A stretch of DNA of 63,975 nt, filler included, from Octopus bimaculoides (Eukaryota): assembly GCF_001194135.2 (NCBI RefSeq). It is 6 parts of 6 records of this genome, joined end to end, with 100 filler letters (N's around TTAATTAATTAA, not from the genome) between each part and the next. Parts side by side here need not be neighbours in the genome. Positions count along the whole stretch, not along the records: positions 1 to 18,878 come from NC_068997.1; 5 more parts are not named here. The stretch is one strand, 5' to 3'. Below the pieces are notes generated by a model. That model was not told the origin of the DNA. It did not search any database and was given only the letters and a program-made list of their open reading frames with translations. This document shows, one piece after another, positions 1 to 12,384 of the stretch. Both the position numbers and the translations under genes were made by a program. Position 1 is the first letter of the stretch; each line of letters starts with the position of its first letter.

Positions 1-921
1 CGCTTGTGACTGTTGTCTGTGCTCGGCCACAAAAGCAAGCCCAACCACTCAGTGATTCATTACTTCAGGGAAATAAATATGTTACAGAGAAATAAGTAGC
101 TATAAATAAGGATTGGCAACAAGGAGAGCCTATTGCTAAAGACTGCCTCACCTAATAATCCATGCTAAAATGGAAAAAAAAAACCAGACAGAAAATCAAT
201 GATAAAAATGACGTAAAAGGAAATAATTTTCCAATGTGGAATTTTATATATAAAACAAATTTCCCATCAACTGGTTCATTTTACTGCTTTCTTCTTTTAA
301 TTTTTTTTTTTCACTTTCTTTTCTATCAACCTTAACAAAAAGACAACAGCCTGTAATAGTTATGAAATTTTCTCCTTTCTTAGAAAAATGTAATACCCCG
401 TCTTTGTATTTTTGTTCAGTGTTTTGTCATTTGCCCTATTTTTGTTTGTGTTTAACCCTGGAGAGACATTCACCATACCAACACAGACCAAACCCGGATG
501 TATATCGACACTTGATTAACTGATTTAAGTTGTAATAGTGAACAGCTATTAGATTTTAAGTGCCTATCAGATTGCAACTGGCTACCTCCTTTGAATTCAT
601 GTTGCCACAAACTATTTACGTCAAAGCTACACCAAAGGAATAATTAGAGATAAGATTAAAACAATATACTGACAGCAGTTAATCTCTTTACCTAGAGATT
701 AGAGAGACAATATGAAGAAAGATTAGAAGAGTTGACACAGCTATTTCAATAAATAGAATGGAAATGAATTTTGACTTACAATTTATAAAACAAGTTACTT
801 AGACCAACTGAAATAATGACGAGCTTCTTGTTACCCTAATAATATTCCTTACATTGGTACAAGACCAAAGTAAGACATAGCTAAATGGTTTACTCTGGTG
901 TTTTTACAGCAATACAGTTAA

Positions 922-1138
922 CCTTTTTGTTATCATATTTCTGTTGAGATGCTCTCTGTTTCTTTCAATTAATTTTAAATATAAGAATTTAGTAAAATAA
1001 CTTAGTTATCGTTCAGCTAGTGTTAGGACCATAAATTGTGGCTAAGGTTTGGTAGAAAATTTTCATTCAGAACTTATGAAAACAAGATATTTGTACTTGG
1101 AGCCAGAGGTGGTTTCAGCCGGGTTGGAAACAAAAGGG
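922..1138. mobile_element. piggyBac-type MITE (217 bp)
   Basis: TTAA on both sides (918-921, 1139-1142); ends CCTTTTTGTTATCA / TGGAAACAAAAGGG are imperfect terminal inverted repeats; no coding capacity. Confidence 0.65.
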
Positions 1139-1570
1139 TTAATCAAACCTGGGTGGAATGATGGAAAGCAAAATTGATCATAATACAACAGGGTATGAAC
1201 TGAGAATGTTGGGGTCCTAAACTAAATAGAGTCGTTTAGTCTGATGTTCTACCATTGCTTTGCTTTCACCTGACAATAAAACATTTTCACATTGACACAC
1301 ATGACCACAAATTTGTAAGAAAGAAGTGTACTTGACTAAATCTGGCACAGTACATGATGGAGTTATTTTATCACAAGTCAATTTGCTCAATATTCTACAT
1401 CTACACCCATCACAGCAATGAGGAGGATAAACAGTTACTTCTATTTGCAACAAGGAGTGGCAGATGATGAGCACATTATTACAAAGATAAGTTGCGCAAA
1501 GTGAGAGAATCTTTACACATAAATTGAAAGAAAAAAATGAATGAAATCAAAGTATTCATCGTATACAAAT

Positions 1571-1899
1571 ATCATCATCGTCATCATCGTTTAATGTCCG
1601 TTTTCCATGCTGGCATGGGTTTCACTGGGGTCTGGAAAGCCAGGGGGCCATACCAATGTGATTTGGCAATGTTTCTACAGGTGGATGCCCTTCCTAACAC
1701 CAACCACTCTGAGTGTAGTGGGTGCTTTTTACATGTCACAGGAGCCAGACAGGGTGAGGGGGCTGGCATCAACCATGTTTGGATGGTGCTTTTACATGCC
1801 ACTGGCACAGGAGCCAGTTGGGGCGAGGGGGCTGGCATCGACCACATTCGGATGGTGCTTTTTACATGTTACCAGCATAGGGTGCCAGTCAGGCAGCAC
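1571..1899 (-). mobile_element. SINE family A ((GAT)n-tailed) with three ~65-bp internal subunits
   Basis: (CAT)n then CGTTTAATGTCCGTTTTCCATGCTGGCATGGG and GGATGCCCTTCCTAACACCAACCACT, shared with six other copies; repeated GTGCTTTTACATG subunits. Confidence 0.8.
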
Positions 1900-1914
1900 T
1901 ATATATTCACACAC

Positions 1915-2340
1915 AAGAGTTAAGAATGGAAGAGATAAGATCCAGGCTACATATGTTTCATAAGAAGCGTAACCTTGGAAGTGGTAAATATCCAAGCGAG
2001 GTGTGTACCGCAGGCTACTCTTCAGGCTAAAGGTATCTTGATTAAAATGAAAGTTTATATTGTCACAAGGAAGTACATGTTAACATATGGGAGATTCAAT
2101 CAGAATGTGTAACCCGGAACTTATTTACTCCATTCCTTAACTCTTGTATTCTTATTTGCACACCTGGTTGCCTACCATGAAATACAAAGAGACCTTCTTT
2201 CAGTTTATTGTACTTCAATACACAAAAAAAATCGACAACCTTACGTCTCAGTAAACCACTTTTGTCCCTGGAAGTTGTTTTTTTATATTTACTACAGATT
2301 GCTTGAAGTTAACTTTCTTCCTACAGCTTGATCCTTGGAT
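1915..2340. repeat. Dispersed repeat, homologous to 12640-12835; 1915-1985 is an inverted partial copy
   Basis: CCATTCCTTAACTCTTG(T/A)ATTCTTATT and GATTGCTTGAAG(T/C)TAAC(T/C)TTCTTCCTACA occur at both loci. Confidence 0.65.
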
Positions 2341-2387
2341 CTTTATCTATCTATCTATATCTATCTATCTATATCTATCTATATATA

Positions 2388-2449
<62 letters not shown>
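2338..2449. repeat. (TATC)n/(TA)n microsatellite
   Basis: direct reading. Confidence 0.95.
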
Positions 2450-2453
<4 letters not shown>

Positions 2454-2455
2454 TA

Positions 2456-2568
2456 GATTGGAGCCTGGTGTTGCCATCCGGTTTCACCAGTCCTCAGTCA
2501 AATCGTCCAACCCATGCTAGCATGGAAAGCGGACGTTAAACGATGATGATGATGATGATGATGATGAT
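2456..2568 (+). mobile_element. SINE family A, 3' fragment
   Basis: GTCAAATCGTCCAACCCATGCTAGCATGGAAAGCGGACGTTAAACG followed by (ATG)n. Confidence 0.85.
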
Positions 2569-2573
2569 ATATA

Positions 2574-2872
2574 TATAAGACAAATAAGAAAATGGATCGG
2601 ATCGTCAATTGACAAACATCAGCCTGTAAACATTCATTTGGATCAATTAATTAATTAATTACAATCATATGTATAAGTAATCAAAATAAACAAATAAACA
2701 AGTTAATAAATAAATAAATGAATAAGAATTATTCATTCATTTATTTATTTACTTGTTTATTTGGATTACTTATACATATGATTGTAATTAATTAATTAAT
2801 TGATCCAAATGAATGTTTACAGGCTGATGTTTGTCAATTGACAATCCAATCCATTTTCTTATTTGCCTTATA
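2574..2872. repeat. Near-perfect foldback palindrome (~150-bp arms, 3-nt loop), possibly a MITE
   Basis: arms pair across loop GAA (2726-2728); a ~79-bp stretch GTCAATTGAC...TAAGTAATC is perfectly complementary; TATAAG...CTTATA ends. Confidence 0.9.
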
Positions 2873-3029
2873 AATTTCCAATTTACCCCCACCCATACCT
2901 AGTATTCAATTTCAATATTGCCCTGCAACAGTAAGCACTTGGATATAAATACATAGGTATACATCCAGTAGTACATTGGATATTTATTATCCCTTAGATG
3001 GTCGCTTAACCTCTAACTCACACAGACAT

Positions 3030-3060
<31 letters not shown>

Positions 3061-4078
3061 ATGATAATAATATAAATAATATATATACATACATACATAC
3101 GTATATGTACATACTTATATCTATATGAAATATGTACAACAAAAAAATACGAAGCACGAATATATGGAACGTGAACTATTTTTTCAAACAACGAAAGACA
3201 CAAATAGAAATCAAAACAAACAGCATAAAGAACGACCCTTCATCAGTTGATGGCTGTTTTTCTAGTCTCGTATTTTGAGGAGCATCAGTGAACTGATCTC
3301 ATTAAGATGTAAAACCATCCCACTTATGTTCAAGCTTATTATCTCCGCCATTCAACAGAGAAACGCAAGCCAATAGCAGAACTTCTTCCGACACTCTTCA
3401 ACCTTATTAATGGAATACAAATCTAAAGTATTGATGCCATCAGTTTCAAGTGTTAACCTCTCTAGAAACACATCTAAAACAGACACGAGTGTGGAACAAT
3501 TCATACTCTGCTACAGTCATTGGGGAAAAACCACAAAACCACGAAGCAGTCTGACTTGTTTTTTGATAGGAACAGGAAACAACTCGACAACATGAAGCAG
3601 TTTAACTTGATTCATACAACAGTAGCAAAATCACTGCAATACACCAGGATGCATTCCTTTGACTTGTTTCACATGAAAACTTTAGGTCAAGGCCAGGATG
3701 CTTTTGAACAATGGTCTGCTTGGTCAGGTTAGACCTGAGGTTAAACAATAACAAACAGATGAGACATTGCAGCCACCAACTACAGTAACATTTATCATTT
3801 TATTTCTAGATATTTTTTTTATAGAAATTAGAGTCAGTACTGGTTTGTTGTCTTGTATATTATGGTTGCATAATAAAATATGGTGTCGTTCCTAGCAACT
3901 GGTGGAAAGGGTAGACCCAGGAAGATGTGAGATGGTGAGAAAGGATCTTCAGACACTGGGCCTCACTGAGGAAATACCAAGGGACCAAGAGTTGTAGCAA
4001 TTTGCTGTGCTTGGTAAGACACGTCGAGCTAAGTAAAATCACTGTCTTCCACACATCCAGGCTTATCCTTTCAGGTAT

Positions 4079-4285
4079 GGGTGCCACTTAAAAAGCACCC
4101 ATGATGGTGCAGCATTAACATACCCATGCTGGTGACATGTGAAAAGCACCCAGTACACTCTTAAGTGGTTGGCATTAGGAAGGGCATCCAGCTGTAGAAA
4201 CCATGCAACAACAGACAGTTGGAGTCCAGACAGCTCCATGTCAAACCGTCCAACCCGTGGAGACCAACGTGGACACCAGCATGAG
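4079..4285 (+). mobile_element. SINE family A copy
   Basis: GTGGTTGGCATTAGGAAGGGCATCCAGCTGTAGAAAC and GTCAAACCGTCCAACCC. Confidence 0.75.
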
Positions 4286-4328
4286 GATTTACAGAGTAAG
4301 TAAAATTTTGGATGTGCTGATGTACTCG

Positions 4329-4600
4329 TGGTTGGAAAGCAAACTTCTTACCACACAGCCATGCTTGTGTGTGTGTGTGTGTGCCTGTATTGTCCCCATC
4401 TCACTGCACTGCTTGACAGCTGCTGTTGGTTTGTTTACGTTCCAACAACATAGCAGTTTGGCAAAAAATATTGATAGAATTAGTACCAGACTTTAAAAAT
4501 TGGTATGGAAGTCCATCTATTCAAGTAAAAACACTTCAAGGCGATGCCCCAGTATGGCCACAGTCCAATGACTGAAGCTTGTAAAAAGCAAAAGGTAAAA
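4329..4600. mobile_element. SINE family C pieces (antisense head 4329-4363, sense tail 4365-4600)
   Basis: reverse complement of GGCTGTGTGGTAAGAAGTTTGC head; tail ...CTTCAAGGCGATGCCCCAGTATGGCCACAGTCCAATGACTGAA. Confidence 0.7.
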
Positions 4601-5370
4601 ATGTTGCATAAAAACCAAAAAAAAAAAATTCATGCCATTAAGAATGATGGAGGGTTAGATTCATGAAAAATGAGTGGAAGTCGTTAGGGAAATAATAGAT
4701 GAATAAAATTAATCAATGATTTGCAAACATAACAACCTTCTGTTGTTGAGAGAGACTGACTCATGCCAAAATATTAATTCAACAATTTCATTATAACAAA
4801 AATATTCAATAAGTTGCCTAAATGCAAAATAACATTTTGTGAAGTTGCTGAAATATTAAAACCAGTGATGGTTCAATAACTGTCTTGGAGATTAAAAATC
4901 ACTCTACAGTCTTTATAATACGGTAACACTGCTGAGTTTTTTGGGAGTTTGCCAGCAACAACTGCAATGTATCATGAAGTAGACAACTAATATCTAATGT
5001 TACAGGGAAAGAAACTGCTGTAAACACAGAGACTATAGATGGGTTTCCACTCTTAGTGTTGGACCAACAGTTCTCCCTTGGGGTTTCTAAGGGCAGCATG
5101 TGACCCTCAAGCATTCTTCCAATGGCCCTCAACAGTCTTCCCTCTTTAAATATAAACTTTTCTTTCCCTAACCTGTGTTCTCCTTTTGATGTCAGTCCCC
5201 CTAAAAAATTGCAGGTTTTGGATCTGGCCACTGAATATTGGAATATGGGATCAGAACAGGTTAGACATTATATTTAGACAAGAAAATCTGGTTCTTGCTG
5301 TTGTTGTCAAAGGTTAGGTCAGTTCTATTTGAGTAGACTCGTGATTAAAGGATAATATCTGATTTAACAC

Positions 5371-5702
5371 AGTTTGCCTCCCAAGCGCATGGTTTCAGGT
5401 TCTGCCCCACTTCTGCTATAGCCTCAGGCCAACCAAAACCTTGTGAGTGGGTTTGGTAGATGGAAACTGAAAGAAGCCCACCATATAAGTCTGTGTGTGT
5501 GTTTGTCACCACCACCACCATCGCTTGACAACCAATGTTGGTGTGTTTACGTACCCGTAACTTAGCAGTCCGGCAAAAGAGCCCAACAGAATAAGTACTA
5601 GGTTTACAAAGAATAGGTCCTGGGGTTGATTTCTTCGACTAAATGATGTGCTCCAGCATGGACACAGTTAAATGACTGAAACAAGTAAAAGAATAAAAGA
5701 AT
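5371..5702 (+). mobile_element. SINE family C (tRNA-derived, internal (TG)n, long tail)
   Basis: CCTTGTGAGTGGGTTTGGTAGATGGAAACTGAAAGAAGCCC, (TG)n, GCTCCAGCATGGACACAGTTAAATGACTGAAACAAGTAAAAGA. Confidence 0.8.
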
Positions 5703-5939
5703 ATGCATTAAGATAGAAGAAACCCATTCTTCCTTTAACAGGCAGTAAATTTTCCTAGAGACAAAAAGAGAGAAGAGGTGAAGCAGAAATAAAAAAAACA
5801 CTTGAAACTACAAAGTCACACAGAAGCTCAAAGAGAAATCTCTTGTCTTAAGATACATATATCCAGGCCTATTCCCTATTTTTATTTTTTAGGCGGGAGT
5901 AGCCACAAGACACACACCAGGCATTCCATTCATTTCCCA

Positions 5940-6060
5940 GCTCAAAAGGGGTGAACCCCATTCTATGCTCGGGTCAAGGCATAGAACGCAGCAACCTCCA
6001 ATATCAACATATGCTGGTTTACCCACTGCTGCATCATGCTGGTTCCGTATCCCTTTGAGC
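5940..6060 (-). other. Candidate structured RNA (multi-stem junction), identity unknown
   Basis: 10-bp closing stem GCTCAAAGGG/CCTTTTGAGC, inner GAACC/GGTTC, ATGCAGCAG/TTGCTGCGT and TTCTATGC/GCATAGAA; G-U pairs favour the minus strand. Confidence 0.3.
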
Positions 6061-6140
6061 AACATCAAAATTCACTCATCCATCCAGAAACACTCTCCAA
6101 GCTTTGCTATCATTTATAAACTCTTCAAATAATTTGCTTG

Positions 6141-6305
6141 TTCTTTTACTGGTTTCAGACTTTGGATTACAGCCATGTAAGAGCATCACCATGAAAGGGC
6201 TGGTCAATGACATGGACCCCAGCACTTATTTTAAGTCTGGTTCTTATCACACTAGTCTCTTTGGCTGAACCACTAAGTTACAAGGGTGTGAACAAACCAA
6301 CACAG
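6141..6305 (-). mobile_element. SINE family C tail
   Basis: reverse complement of the tail seen at 5520-5700. Confidence 0.7.
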
Positions 6306-6307
6306 GC

Positions 6308-6530
6308 AAATATCATCCTCATTTAATATCCATCTTCCATGCTAGCATGGGTTGGACAGTTTGACAGGAACTGGCAAGGCTGGAGAGCTGCACCAGGTTC
6401 CATTGTCTTGCTTTGGTATGGTTTCTATGGCTGGATGCCCTTCCTAATGCCAACCACTTCACAGAGTGGACTGGGTGTTTTTTTTTTTTTTATGTGGCAC
6501 CAACACCAGTGGGGTTGCCAAGTAACTTGT
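6308..6530 (-). mobile_element. SINE family A copy
   Basis: TTCCATGCTAGCATGGGTTGGACAGTTTGACAGG and GGATGCCCTTCCTAATGCCAACCAC. Confidence 0.8.
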
Positions 6531-6609
6531 GGGATGAAAACCTCTCAAGCTGGGAGATGGAGTGAAGCCACAGCAAGTGGTTCCACAAATACATGTCTGC
6601 ATAAAACAT

Positions 6610-6742
6610 GATTCAGTCTCCAAGTTCATTCAAACGGCATTTTGAAGCTATATTAGGAAACCCTTGCCCAAGGTGACACACACAGGGACTGAAACCCAAA
6701 CCACATGACTGCAAAGTGAACTTCATAACCAGACAACCATGT
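6610..6742 (-). mobile_element. SINE family C head, decayed
   Basis: CTTGCCCAAGGTGACACACACAGGGACTGAAACCCAAACCACATG matches the antisense of the 31583 copy. Confidence 0.6.
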
Positions 6743-7860
6743 CTTAGTTTTACTAAAATGTTTACTTAGTAAAAGTAAACATTTTAGTCTTGGTATTTAT
6801 TGCTTTCATTGTTTTTCTATTAAGATAACTTGATTCTAATTACAAAATCAACAGAGAAGCTATGAGTGTATTAAACCTAATTGAAGGATGAGTGGAAATG
6901 AAATAAAAGAACTAAAATCATACAGACGCAATCTGAAGCTTTTAAAAAGCAGAGAGAGAGAAGGACTCCAACAAAATATCCACTCAGCTCATAGCTTGGT
7001 AATCAAGTAACAAGTGCATTAAATACAATCGCTATGACCCTGATAGTGTTAGAAAAGGAGAAGTAAAAGGCTGTGAACTATTCAATCTAATGTTTCAGAT
7101 AACATCTTTTATCTTGGGTAAACTTTTTAGTTTTGAGTGTGGAGATGAACCAACCTGAGTTTAAAGTACAAAGGAAACTGCCTATGTGGTTACACAGGAT
7201 GATAAGAAGACAACAACCACTGCACCTCATAGCAAACTTATTCCATCTATATATTTCCTCCAACCACATTAATCAAACCAGCCTGCAAAGGTTAGGCCTC
7301 CTTTTTCTGGTCTAAAAACCACTTTTTTAGAAAGAATAGATGGAAGGAGTTAAGAAGAGATGCTCTCTTTAGTAATAAAAGAATGTACCTCCTCAGAAAA
7401 GTAGGTCATAAGGTATAGGTGTTAAAATGATGTACTAAGTATGTAGTTGTATAGCGTGTTGTGGTTGTAATGTAAGTCAAACAGTGAGATTTGAAAATTA
7501 TTTATAGATGTTGCAGTTACTCGAAAGGAAACCAACCAAGCGCAACCAAGTAGATGATTAATATGACCCTGAGAGACAGTCTGTGTACAATCACATTAGG
7601 CATTGGGGACCACATTCAGCATGTAATATATTGAGGACACTAATCAGAAAATGTGACAATATTCTTTTTAAAGTTAATTATGGAAAGCCTCAGGTCAAGT
7701 AGGATCAGGTAAGATCTGTAATTGGAGGTAATTCCAACTTTGATCTTCTTGTCTTTGTCTTATATTCAAGGAACCCAGGACCACATTATCTAAAGCGTTT
7801 TTTTTTTTTTTAATGCGAGGGAGTTATAAGAGAAAGACTTGGCTACCATTTCTAGCTTTG

Positions 7861-7905
<45 letters not shown>

Positions 7906-7933
7906 NNNNNNNNNNNNNNNNNNNNNNNNNNNN

Positions 7934-7982
<49 letters not shown>

Positions 7983-8037
7983 GTGTGTGTGTGTGTGTGT
8001 ATGTGTGTGAGTATATATATATATATATATATATATA

Positions 8038-8125
8038 GACAACAAGCTTCTTTCAGTTTCCGTCTACCAAATCCACTTACAAGGCTTTGGTCAGCCCAAG
8101 GCTATAGCAGAAGACATTTGCCCAG
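8038..8125 (-). mobile_element. SINE family C fragment
   Basis: GCTTCTTTCAGTTTCCGTCTACCAAATCCACTTACAAGGCTTTGG. Confidence 0.8.
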
Positions 8126-8504
8126 TTTGATGGAAAAAAAAAAAGACAATGTTCACAGCTAGAATACGCCTGATGAATGAGAGTTGATCAGAGTTTGATA
8201 ACCACTTGAAGGGTCTAACCCAATCTGTAGACTTTTATTAATGTCACAACTAATCCAAGGATCGTAGATTCAACTTCCTCCACTCTACAGCAATGGACGG
8301 AATTTATTGAGACAGATTTTCTATAGTCCGATGTCTCTCCTGTCATCAATTCTTACCTGTTTCCAAGCAAGGGAATATTTCCTAGACATGTCTTTTCATG
8401 GAAGACCAGAAGCAAACGATGTTGCTTGTATGATGGTGATGCCTGCTTATAATCATCATATGATGTCAAGACAAAGACACACACACACACACACACACAC
8501 AGTT

Positions 8505-8755
8505 GCCACATAAAAGGCACTTGTGTCGGTGTCTTGTACAAAGCATCCATGCTGGTGCCATGTAATAGCACTGGTGCCACATAAAAAGCTCCCAATACAT
8601 TCTGTGAAGTAGTTGGCATTAGGAAGGACATCCAGCCATTAAACCCATGTCAAAATAGGCAACTGGAGCTCTCCAGCTGGCCAGCTCCTGTCAATCCGTC
8701 CAACTCATGCCAGCATGGAAAATGGACGCTAAATGATGATGATGATGATGATGAT
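8505..8755 (+). mobile_element. SINE family A copy
   Basis: GTTGGCATTAGGAAGGACATCCAGCC and CATGCCAGCATGGAAAATGGACGCTAAAT(GAT)n. Confidence 0.8.
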
Positions 8756-8757
8756 AT

Positions 8758-8975
8758 ACGCGCATGTGTGTTTGCGTGTGTCCCGTCGCTGCTTGAAAAC
8801 TGTTGTTGGTTTGTTTACGCCCCTTAACTTTAGCGGTTAGGCAAAAGAGACCTACAGAATGGGTACAAGGCTTTAAAATAAGCGATGGAGTTGATTTGTT
8901 CAGCTAAAACCCTTCAAGACGATCCCCAGCATGGCCGCAGTCCAGTGATTGAAACAAGTAAAAACAAAACAAAAC
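8758..8975 (+). mobile_element. SINE family C tail (CpG-retaining)
   Basis: TTAGCGGTTAGGCAAAAGAGACC and CCCAGCATGGCCGCAGTCCAGTGATTGAAACAAGTAAAA. Confidence 0.75.
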
Positions 8976-9198
8976 AAAAATAGTTAAAAAAGGATTGGTA
9001 CAAAATTAAATGTCATTCTCAGGGCTGTGTGACACAAGAGAATCCCCAAACCCAGTCTTCAGCGACTTATCATTTCTAATAATAAACTGTTTAATTCAAT
9101 CAAATCTTAACTCACTTGTACGGTGACCATTGTAATTAATATGGGTTTGTTTGATTATTTCTGCACTCTAGCAGTTTTCCGTATAAAATGGTCCTCCC

Positions 9199-9449
9199 CA
9201 GGGGCGGACTGGCCAGCTTGCCCGATGGCAAGTGGACCCCTGCGCCATTAGAATCTATATATGGGGGCCCATCTCCTTAAGTTATTCACTCCTGGAAGAA
9301 AGCATTAATTATTTCCGCCTGGCTGTGTTTGTAGACAGTTGAAAAGAATACTTTTAGCAAAAAAATAATTAAATGATAGCATTGTAGTTGCGGGTGGGGC
9401 CCCCCTTAGTCTCCTAGCAACTAATACTTTTAGACCCAGTCCGTTACTG
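9199..9449. mobile_element. hAT-type MITE (251 bp)
   Basis: TIRs CAGGGGCGGACTGG / CCAGTCCGTTACTG; flanking 8-mers GTCCTCCC and GTTCCCCC (6/8 match) fit a decayed 8-bp TSD. Confidence 0.7.
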
Positions 9450-10542
9450 GTTCCCCCAGTCTCTTTGTCAACTTTAAATGCAGGAAGTACTTCATAGCTG
9501 ATTTCTCAGAAAAATATACCTTCACTCACAAGTTGTTAATTTGATTATCTATACACATATTCACATATANNNNNNNNNNTTCGTAGACAATTCCGATTTT
9601 TCTTTTTTCTTTGTTGAGGTAGTCTTTTTTTTTTTGTGGGCAGGGGTTTCGATAATGTCATCTTTTATACTTTTAATGTTTTTCTTTTCTTCCTATAAGT
9701 GTTAATAGAATGTGATTCGTAAAAAAAAAATTAAATAAATATCTCGTAACTAATCAAATATATTGTATCTATAGAAAAAGGTATACATCAATACTTTTTG
9801 GAGTTTTTTAACATTCTCAGTCGATAAAAAAGAAATTACAACATAGACACACAATTTTTTTTCTTTTTCTTTTTCACACACGTGCATGTAATGTCGTTTA
9901 CACAAACTGTGTTATTATTATCATAGTTAAAACTGCGAATGTATCCTTCCCTAATAAGATGATGGGTAAAGAGCAATTTGGCAAATATCTTTTGTAGCCC
10001 GCCCAGAAACCACCAGAGGACCCTGCATTAGCTCGTATAGTATAAGATGATAGGTAAGGTGAAGAAGGTTTTCTTCTCAAATCAAATCTGATTGAATAGA
10101 TCTACAATCGGAGGTCTTCAAACAGAGACCATCACCTCTTTTCTTTATGTGCAGAGACCTTGATATCGCATTATCCAGTATGTTTTGTGTTTTCAAGACT
10201 AAGATAGCAGGTTATAACCGAGATTTAGCTGCTATTTTTAGCAGTTAGAGCGACTCATGCTCCTCCATTGGGTAACGATGAAAAGTAGTGAAAATGTGAG
10301 TTAAAATAGCTTTAACAGACGAGTATAAACGGATAATCTTTAAAATGTAGCTGACAGTGTTTCATCTAGTAAATTATGAATAAAATACACAAACTCCATG
10401 TAAACAAAGCAAAATTATTAAGTTTGAACGAAATGGGGTGGCTTATGAAAAATCATGGTGTATTTGGAAGACGTTAAAAATGAATTGAAATATGGGTAAA
10501 TCTGTTGAATAGAAAGAGATCTTTGACCAGTACACGGGTGTG

Positions 10543-10581
<39 letters not shown>

Positions 10582-12384
10582 GCATATATGTATGTATGTA
10601 TGTATATATCAGACCCGTAATCCTTACTGAAAGCTGTGTACCTTTCACATACGCTTAAACATTTACAAATACGCATTCATTCAATGGTAAAGCAAATGGA
10701 AACGGATGTTATTACGATAAATAAAAACAATAACATTATGGAACTAGAAGACATTATTGAACACGCCCGCTCGGGTTTAATGATGTATTCTTATGACAAA
10801 CAACAACTCGTTCTTTCCTGCAAGTATGATCACTCACGAACAAACATCCATACATATATTCACATTAACTTCACTTTGGTAAACTACAATAATAACTGTT
10901 TGTATTATTATTATATTATTATTATTATTATTACTGCGGTATAAGACCACATTAACAATAATAATATCAAGGATGGGGGCAAAAAAAAGATATCTCACCA
11001 GAAGTGATCTATAATTACTAATAATGTGAGATTTGAGTGAAAAATCTTGTCCAGGACTGATGGGTGGTTCTACAAAATGGTTGGGTTCTTTTAGTTAAGA
11101 GAAAAGGATGTATATATTTAATTCTTTCATAAATCCTTTCTTCATTATTTGTTATATTCTCTGAGCTTTTTAAAACTTCTCTTTCTTATCGAGGTCAAAA
11201 CTAAGAGAAAGAAGAAATGAAAGGCTACACAACACACACACAGTACCTGCAAGTTGGCAGGAAACAATATTGACTCTATAATAATCACAACAATAATAAT
11301 ATTGAAGTTATAAATTATTCTTTTAATTATTAAACATTCTTATTAATATTATTATGATTACTAATTGTTAGAGCACCTGCTGTGGTCAACCTCGCCCGTT
11401 GTCCTTTCGGGGCCGATAAATAAAGTACCCAATACAGTACTGGATACCAAGTTGCTGGTTTTATGCCAGAATTCGAAAGAAAGACCATCTTTGGTTTTAG
11501 GTACATACATCTGTATTATTAACCGTGTTCCTTTATATTTTTTAAACTTTTTTCACGCTCCTTGATAATAGTCTGACACTCTATCATCCACTTCTGTTCC
11601 AATGTTTTCGCCAACCCTTCGTGGCTAATAAAGAAAACGTTTTGGCAGTGGTGATTAGTATTTTGAAGAATAAATGGGTAAATTTGCAAATTATAATTAC
11701 AGAAACGNNNNNNNNNNNNNNNNNNNNNNNNNNNNNNNNNNNNNNNNNNNNNNNNNNNNNNNNNNNNNNNNNNNNNNNNNNNNNNNNNNNNNNNNNNNNN
11801 NNNNNNNNNNNNNNNNNNNNNNNNNNNNNNNNNNNNNNNNNNNNNNNNNNNNNNNNNNNNNNNNNNNNNNNNNNNNNNNNNNNNNNNNNNNNNNNNNNNN
11901 NNNNNNNNNNNNNNNNNNNNNNNNNNNNNNNNNNNNNNNNNNNNNNNNNNNNNNNNNNNNNNNNNNNNNNNNNNNNNNNNNNNNNNNNNNNNNNNNNNNN
12001 NNNNNNNNNNNNNNNNNNNNNNNNNNNNNNNNNNNNNNNNNNNNNNNNNNNNNNNNNNNNNNNNNNNNNNNNNNNNNNNNNNNNNNNNNNNNNNNNNNNN
12101 NNNNNNNNNNNNNNATCTCTCCCCCCCCCTCTCTCTTTCTCCCTCCCCCTCTCTCTCAATATATATCTCACATAAATATTTCGCGGTGTCTTTCTTCCTT
12201 TTTCTGCTTCTCTCTTTCTCCATCTTTATTTTATTATTTTTTTTTTATCAAATTCAATGTTTTAAAGTTTCCCACTACAATTATCACTTACTTCTTTTGT
12301 CTTCCTAACTTTGTGTATGAAGAAATATGGGCGGTTGTACCCACGTGTATCACAGGATAATGTATTTAATGTATTACTAAACTA

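Noticed and set aside
590-820. Chain of phase-compatible minus-strand mini-exons (GLSNLFYK / VSTLLIFLHIVSLIS / FDVNSLWQHEFKG)
   Set aside because: It needs a ~39-nt intron and gives no recognisable protein; likely chance splice-like motifs in AT-rich DNA
5985-6040. Possible SECIS (ATGA...AAA in a stem-loop on the minus strand) near in-frame TGAs
   Set aside because: The required GA on the 3' side of the quartet is absent (helix is followed by TTCT)
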